Of a stretch of DNA of 14,241 nucleotides, positions 6,955-12,318 are shown piece by piece. A program made the position numbers and the translations under genes. The notes under the pieces were generated by a model. The model had not been told where the DNA came from. It saw only the letters and a program-made list of their open reading frames with translations, and did not search any database. Location: IMG/VR virus record IMGVR_UViG_3300007162_000002; one strand, written 5' to 3'. The DNA comes from a virus. How positions within the stretch are numbered: position 1 is the first letter of the stretch; every line of letters starts with the position of its first letter.

Positions 6955-7051
6955 TAGGGCAGGGGTACCCAAACGTATTATTAATTTTAAAAACAAAATT
7001 TTCGCTTCCCCAGACAAATATTTTTAATAAAAATGAAATCCTAGGGGTTTT

Positions 7052-7261
7052 ATGACTCCAGACATGATAACTGCTATAGGGGCAATAGTTCTTGGCATTT
7101 TAGGTGGTTTTTGGGCCTTTATGAGGTATCTGGTGACCAAGTTCTTATCAGAGTTAAAACCTAATGGTGGTTCTAGTTTAGTTGATAAAGTAGATAGATT
7201 AGAAAAAAGAATTGATGATATATATATTATATTAATTGAAAAGAAAACTAGGAGAAAATGA
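7052..7261 (+). CDS. Single-pass membrane protein (69 aa), holin-like topology.
   Basis: N-terminal TM segment ITAIGAIVLGILGGFWAFMRYLV. The tail is charged and ends KKTRRK. The stop overlaps the terL start (ATGA at 7258..7261). Confidence 0.65.
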   Translation: MTPDMITAIGAIVLGILGGFWAFMRYLVTKFLSELKPNGGSSLVDKVDRLEKRIDDIYIILIEKKTRRK

Positions 7262-8757
7262 GAGCAGAAGATATAATATCAAAGGTTCCAGTTGAACTAT
7301 TAACTGTCAAAGAAGGCAGAATAGAATTAACTAAGTATGATCCTTTATTATTTGCTTTAGTTTATTTGCCTCATCATTTAAAAAATTCTAAGAATGAGAT
7401 TACCCTTTCCGAGTTCCATGTTGATTTAGCGGAGTTTGGGAAATCTTGGATAGTCCCGCCGACTTATCCGAAGCAACATAGGGATGCGTTTATTGCCCCT
7501 AGGGAATCTGGAAAGAGTACATGGGTCTTTCTAATTCTTCCTTTGTGGGCTGCTGCTCATAATCACGTAAAGTTTATTGCAGCCTTTTCAGATGCTGCTT
7601 CCCAAGCCGAAACTCATCTGCTAACATTTAAGAATGAATTGGACACTAATGAATATTTACAAAGCGATTATCCAGAGATGTGTAAGCCTAAGATGGTATC
7701 TACAACAGGTAGGGCGTTGGCTAACAACTCATGGAGAATTGTCCAATCAAATGATTTTATTTTTGATGCTAATGGTATTGATACTAACTCATTAGGTAAA
7801 AAGGTATTTGGTCAAAGACCAGATCTTATTATTTTAGATGATATTGAAAAAGGCGAAAAGAACTATTCTGAGTATCAGGCTGGACAACAGTTAAATACAG
7901 TCTTTGATGATATTGCTCCTATGAACATATATTCTAGGATGATTTTTGTTGGAACTACAACTATGCCTAATTCTATTATGGATCAATTTAGAAAAAAGGC
8001 TGAAGGTTTTAAAGAAGCAGAATTAGGATGGATAACTGATCAAAATGTAAAAGTTCATTATTATCCAGCAATTATGCAAAATGAAGACGGTTCTGAAAGG
8101 TCTGTTTGGGAAGAAAAGTGGACTTTAGAATGGCTACAAAGCCAAAGACATTTAAGAGACTTTGCTAAAAACTATATGAATAAACCAGTTAACTTAGATG
8201 GTAACTTTTGGGCTAATGAAGATATAATTATAGAAGAAGCAGAAGAGTATGGAAATACTATTATTTCAGTAGATCCAGCAGTAACTAAAAACAAAGTTTC
8301 TGATTATACAGGTATAGCCGTATTGTCAAGAGGCATAGATGCTTTAGGTAATGAAAACATTTACATAAGAGATGCTCAACAAGTTAAATTGTCACCATCT
8401 GATTTATGTGAAAAAATAAAAGACTTGGCAAAAACATATGATGCAGGATTATTATATGTTGAAACTAACCAAGGTGGAGATCTTTGGCAGGATGTGTTTA
8501 AAACTATTCCTATTAAATATAGATCAAAACATCAAAAGTTGTCTAAACAGATTAGGGCTGGAAAAGCCTTAAACTTTTATCAACAAAAGAAAATACGACA
8601 TAATGCTCATTTTCCTGCATTAGAAGAGCAAATGTGGTCTTTTCCAAAAGTGTCACATGATGACGTACTTGACGCTGTAGTCACAGGAGTATTGTATTTC
8701 CTAGACAATAAAGCAGTAAAAGTAATAGCAAGACAATTTAACTATTTAAGGAGTTAA
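7258..8757 (+). CDS. terL: Terminase large subunit.
   Basis: 499 aa. Walker A APRESGKST and Walker B DLIILDDIE. C-terminal RNaseH-like nuclease acidic motifs are present (IISVDPAV, LYVETNQGG, SHDDVLDAV). The portal gene follows immediately. Confidence 0.9.
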   Translation: MRAEDIISKVPVELLTVKEGRIELTKYDPLLFALVYLPHHLKNSKNEITLSEFHVDLAEFGKSWIVPPTYPKQHRDAFIAPRESGKSTWVFLILPLWAAAHNHVKFIAAFSDAASQAETHLLTFKNELDTNEYLQSDYPEMCKPKMVSTTGRALANNSWRIVQSNDFIFDANGIDTNSLGKKVFGQRPDLIILDDIEKGEKNYSEYQAGQQLNTVFDDIAPMNIYSRMIFVGTTTMPNSIMDQFRKKAEGFKEAELGWITDQNVKVHYYPAIMQNEDGSERSVWEEKWTLEWLQSQRHLRDFAKNYMNKPVNLDGNFWANEDIIIEEAEEYGNTIISVDPAVTKNKVSDYTGIAVLSRGIDALGNENIYIRDAQQVKLSPSDLCEKIKDLAKTYDAGLLYVETNQGGDLWQDVFKTIPIKYRSKHQKLSKQIRAGKALNFYQQKKIRHNAHFPALEEQMWSFPKVSHDDVLDAVVTGVLYFLDNKAVKVIARQFNYLRS

Positions 8758-8758
8758 T

Positions 8759-10132
8759 ATGACAGATATAAAAAATGCGTTAGAAAGACTTATAGATCGT
8801 AGAAACGAATATAATCTTGCTCACGTTTACTATGATGGAAATCAAAAAGAATTGTTTCCAAACCAAAAATGGGCAACTATTTTTAGAACAACCGCTAATC
8901 ATTTTAGATTTAATTTTACTAGAACAGTGGTTGATTCAGTTTTAAATAGGTTAGAAATTGCTTCAGTTTTAGCAACAACCGAAGAAGCAGATCAAATTAT
9001 TAATAGAGTTTGGGAATCAAATGATTTAGTGTTAGACGCTAATGAAATTCACAAAAGAGCATTAGTTTATGGAGATGCTTATGCAATTGTATGGACAGAT
9101 GAAAATGGAGAAATTCAAATAAATTACAATTCTCCATTAACAACCGTAGTCGTATACGATACAGAAAATCCAAGAATAAAAAGATTTGGTGCAAAGATGT
9201 GGCAACATTCAGATCCATATGATGCTTTTAATAATAAAGTAATTAGATTAAATATGTATTATCCAGATCGTATTGAAAAATATGAAGCATATGGAGAAGT
9301 AGATACAATAGTTTCATCAACAGCATTTACTTTATTAGAAATTGTTGAAAATCCATGGAACGAAGTTCCAGTATTTCATTTTAGAACATCAAAACAATAT
9401 GGAAGACCAGAACATTACGATGCTTATGGACCACAAGATGCTATCAACAAGTTAATCATTACACATATGAATACAGTTGATTATCAAGGTGCACCTCAAA
9501 GGTACGCACTTGCTGGTGGGGGAACAAATGAATCAGAAATTGTTGATTTTGACGAAACAGAAGAAGCGGTTAATGTTGGAACATTAAAAAATGGACCAGG
9601 AGAACTTTGGTACCTTAAAGGTATAACAAGAGTTGGAGAATTTGCTCCAGCAGATCACAAAGTGTTTACTGAGCCAGTTACAGAATACATTAAGGCAATG
9701 GCTTCATTAACATCAACACCTATTCACTATTTTGATAAAACAGCAGGACAATCTAGTGGTGAATCTTTAAGAACAGCAGAAGCACCTTTAATTAAAAAAA
9801 TACAAGATAGACAAATATCTTTTGGTAGTACATGGAGAGATTTGTTTAGATTTATATTAAAAATTGAAAATCTAGAATCTGAAATTATGACAGGTAATTT
9901 AGATGTTCAAATTAAATGGGTTCAACCAGAAAGTTTAGATACTTTAGACTCATGGGAAGTAGCAGTTAAAAAACGTGTTGTTGGAGTATCTTTGCAACAA
10001 GTTTTATTAGAGATGGGCTATGATTTAGAAGTAGCAAATAGAATTGTTGAAGAAGCAGATGCTGGATTAATGTCTCAAGGCATGAATGCTAGTAATATTG
10101 CTGCTCAACAAGCAGGGCAAAGAATAGAATAA
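8759..10132 (+). CDS. Portal protein (SPP1 gp6-like family by appearance).
   Basis: 457 aa, 1 nt after terL, with an AAGGAG ribosome binding site. N-terminal AHVYYDGNQ motif. Size and position are typical of a portal. Confidence 0.85.
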   Translation: MTDIKNALERLIDRRNEYNLAHVYYDGNQKELFPNQKWATIFRTTANHFRFNFTRTVVDSVLNRLEIASVLATTEEADQIINRVWESNDLVLDANEIHKRALVYGDAYAIVWTDENGEIQINYNSPLTTVVVYDTENPRIKRFGAKMWQHSDPYDAFNNKVIRLNMYYPDRIEKYEAYGEVDTIVSSTAFTLLEIVENPWNEVPVFHFRTSKQYGRPEHYDAYGPQDAINKLIITHMNTVDYQGAPQRYALAGGGTNESEIVDFDETEEAVNVGTLKNGPGELWYLKGITRVGEFAPADHKVFTEPVTEYIKAMASLTSTPIHYFDKTAGQSSGESLRTAEAPLIKKIQDRQISFGSTWRDLFRFILKIENLESEIMTGNLDVQIKWVQPESLDTLDSWEVAVKKRVVGVSLQQVLLEMGYDLEVANRIVEEADAGLMSQGMNASNIAAQQAGQRIE

Positions 10133-10141
10133 GAGGAAAAT

Positions 10142-10597
10142 ATGGAAGAAGAAGTAAATATAGAAAATATGGTTTCTACGGAGATTAAAGATCCTAAAAA
10201 GGTTCTTGATGCTTTAGATAGAGCCAAATCTGATGCTAAAAAGTTCAGAGAAGAAAAAGAAGAACTAAAAAAACAATATGAAAAAGCAGTTGTTGAATTA
10301 AATGATTGGTCTGCAGAATTATTAAAAGAAAGGGTATCTAGAAAATTAGAAAAAGATGGATTACCTAATGCAGATAGATTATTTAAATATCTTGATTTTG
10401 GAAAAATTGGTTTTGATCCTGATAAAGATATAGTTGGATTAGATGAACAAATGGAAGTCCTTAAAGGTGATTTTCCAGAACTTTTTGATCCAAAAATAAG
10501 AGTTGGGGGTAGGGTAAATGCTGCGGCAGACAATCCTGCAAACACTTCTTTATCTGCAACTGAAAAACAAGCAAAATACATATTAGGCAAAATTTAA
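10142..10597 (+). CDS. Scaffolding protein.
   Basis: 151 aa, highly charged and Lys/Glu-rich with a helical character. It lies between the portal and the major capsid gene. The capsid protein lacks a delta domain. Confidence 0.6.
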   Translation: MEEEVNIENMVSTEIKDPKKVLDALDRAKSDAKKFREEKEELKKQYEKAVVELNDWSAELLKERVSRKLEKDGLPNADRLFKYLDFGKIGFDPDKDIVGLDEQMEVLKGDFPELFDPKIRVGGRVNAAADNPANTSLSATEKQAKYILGKI

Positions 10598-10612
10598 TAT
10601 GTGTGGTATAAT
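10584..10612 (+). promoter_or_regulatory. Putative extended -10 promoter for the capsid mini-operon.
   Basis: TAGGCA at 10584..10589 (4/6), a 17-nt spacer, then TGgTATAAT (TATAAT 10607..10612). A roughly 100-nt leader follows before the AAAGGAG ribosome binding site and ATG 10721. Confidence 0.55.
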
Positions 10613-10626
10613 GAATATATCAAAAC

Positions 10627-10656
10627 GCAATACTCTAAATGGACGTTTAGGATTGC
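10627..10656 (+). promoter_or_regulatory. 5'-proximal leader hairpin of the capsid mRNA.
   Basis: GCAAT at 10627..10631 pairs with ATTGC at 10652..10656. Further CT:GG and TAAA:TTTA pairs surround the loop TGGACG. It starts about 8 nt from the predicted transcription start. Confidence 0.35.
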
Positions 10657-10720
10657 TATATTTTGAATTAGACGATTCATTATTCACAAACTAAACTAAA
10701 ATTATAAAAGGAGTAATATC

Positions 10721-11626
10721 ATGGCATTAACACGTACAGACTTTACCGAAGCCAATGGTTACATCTTAGAGGAACAAGGTAGCCAAGCAGTTCAAGCAAC
10801 CTTAGTTAACTCTGCAGTTGAATCATTTGCACGTAGAGAAGCAATGGCTTCACGTACTAAATCAGTACCTCGTTTTGTTTCAGATGCAGCAGATGTAGTC
10901 GCAGAAGGCGATGAAATTCCATCAGCAGTAGCAACACTAGACGAAGTAGTATTAACAGCAAAGAAATATGCACAAATTATGTACATCTCTGAGGAAGACG
11001 TAAACGATTCAATCGTAGACGTACTTGCAACATACAAAAGAGAATGGGCATCACGTTGGGCACGTAAATTTGACAACGCAACACTTGCAGTTACAGTGGC
11101 AACAGATGGTACAGACACTGCACCATTTACATCACTATACAGAGCAATTACAACCTCTCCATCAGCAAGTGCAAATCTAATCACAACAGGTGGTGCACTA
11201 TCTTTTGCAGACATTAACAATGCTTTATCAGCAGTTGAATCAAGCGAAAAATTTGATGCAGCAAACACAGTATTTATGGCACATCCAAAAATGCTAGGTC
11301 ACCTTCGTGGAATGATTGACAGCAACAACGATTTGGTTCTTCCAAATCCAATTGCAGCAACACCAGGACAATTATTTGGTTATCCATTAGTTGTTTCTTA
11401 CGGTGCAGCAAAATCTTCAGCAGCAACAGATGCTCCAACAGGAAACGAATTATTAATCGTTGGTAACCGCCAAATGTTAATTAATGGCGTTCGTGGTGGC
11501 GTAGAATCAGTTGTTTCTCGTGATGCAGAATTCGCAAAGGATGGCGTTCTTCTTAAGACTCGCATTCGCAGAGGCTTTGCAGTAGCAGATGCTGGTGCGT
11601 TCGCAATCGTAGAGAAAACGGCATAA
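10721..11626 (+). CDS. Major capsid protein, HK97 fold (Phage_capsid-like).
   Basis: 301 aa. Motifs typical of HK97-family capsid proteins: VAEGDEIP...LTAKKYAQIMYISEEDVNDS...KFDNATL...HPKMLGHLRG. Strong AAAGGAG ribosome binding site. Codon usage is distinct from the rest of the genome. Confidence 0.9.
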   Translation: MALTRTDFTEANGYILEEQGSQAVQATLVNSAVESFARREAMASRTKSVPRFVSDAADVVAEGDEIPSAVATLDEVVLTAKKYAQIMYISEEDVNDSIVDVLATYKREWASRWARKFDNATLAVTVATDGTDTAPFTSLYRAITTSPSASANLITTGGALSFADINNALSAVESSEKFDAANTVFMAHPKMLGHLRGMIDSNNDLVLPNPIAATPGQLFGYPLVVSYGAAKSSAATDAPTGNELLIVGNRQMLINGVRGGVESVVSRDAEFAKDGVLLKTRIRRGFAVADAGAFAIVEKTA

Positions 11627-11642
11627 GGGGGGGGAATAACAC

Positions 11643-12077
11643 ATGGCTTCAAAGTTATATGGTTCCTTCTTACTAAAAGCATTAAATAAGGAAATTGATT
11701 GGGACACTGATACCATTAAGGTAGCACTTCTAACAAGTTCTTATACACCAAACCAAGATACTCACGACTATTTCGATGATGTAGTCGCAAATGAAGTATC
11801 TGGCACAGGATATACTGCAGGTGGAAATACCTTGGCTTCAAAAACTATCACTTATGATGGTGCAACAAACAAGGTTGTTCTTGACGCAGCAGATACTACT
11901 TGGTCAGCAAGTACTATCACAGCACGTTACGCAGTAGTTTATGATGCTTCACCAGCATCCGATGCAACAAGACCAGTAATTGGTTATGTTGACTTTGGTT
12001 CTGATCAATCATCATCTTCAGGTAATTTTACAATCACATGGGATGCAACAGGTATTGTTGTTATTACAGTAGCGTAA
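11643..12077 (+). CDS. Hypothetical virion protein co-expressed with the capsid protein (decoration or auxiliary head protein?).
   Basis: 144 aa, with a GGGGGGG ribosome binding site at 11627..11633. It shares the GC-richer composition of the capsid gene. The sequence pattern IKVALLTSSYTPNQDTHDYFDDV..EVSGTGYTAGGN...ARYAVVYD looks like a conserved phage family that I cannot name. Confidence 0.7.
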   Translation: MASKLYGSFLLKALNKEIDWDTDTIKVALLTSSYTPNQDTHDYFDDVVANEVSGTGYTAGGNTLASKTITYDGATNKVVLDAADTTWSASTITARYAVVYDASPASDATRPVIGYVDFGSDQSSSSGNFTITWDATGIVVITVA

Positions 12078-12096
12078 ATTATATGAATATAAGAGT

Positions 12097-12253
12097 GCAG
12101 GCTAAATCAATTGAATTAATAGCAAAAACTATTAATCCTTTTGTAGTAATTAAATTAAATTATCTTCCTATGGATATAATTAATTACGCAACCATTAGCC
12201 TGCCTCTACTTAACAAAGTTCTTTCAATTGCAGGACATAGCATTTCAGCAATT
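12097..12253. repeat. Cluster of nested inverted repeats (structured RNA or DNA element).
   Basis: GCAGGCTAA at 12097..12105 pairs with TTAGCCTGC at 12195..12203. These enclose ATTAATAG 12115..12122 / CTATTAAT 12129..12136 and GTAATTAA 12146..12153 / TTAATTAC 12180..12187. A further pair is AATTGC 12226..12231 / GCAATT 12248..12253. Confidence 0.6.
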
Positions 12254-12281
12254 AACCCAAAATTTTTAAGAGGTGAAACAG

Positions 12282-12315
12282 TAGCCGTATACGCATAAGC
12301 GTTGCGGCTATTTTT
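12282..12315 (+). terminator. Rho-independent terminator after the capsid mini-operon.
   Basis: A 12-bp stem with one bulge (12282..12294 pairs with 12299..12310) and loop ATAA, followed by TTTTT at 12311..12315. Confidence 0.7.
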
Positions 12316-12318
12316 ATT

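Noticed and set aside
6932-6957. A perfect TTGACA at 6932..6937 near the end of the terS candidate, considered as a promoter.
   Set aside because: No acceptable -10 hexamer lies at 16-18 nt spacing (TAGGGC at 17 nt). An isolated hexamer in AT-rich DNA is not enough.
6955-7051. Intergenic region with the GGGTACCC palindrome and CCCC/GGGG segments, considered as a pac/cos site or terminator.
   Set aside because: Only 4-bp pairing across a roughly 30-nt loop, with no T-tract terminator geometry and no repeats. It is plausible as a packaging site by position, but nothing in the sequence supports a call.
12038-12298. Track ORF of 86 aa overlapping the end of the 144-aa gene and spanning the structured spacer.
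   Set aside because: It starts inside the preceding gene in another frame. The internal ATG 12083 lacks a ribosome binding site. The region is filled with nested inverted repeats, and the stop sits in the terminator loop. It is kept only as a possibility, noted in the finding on the spacer.
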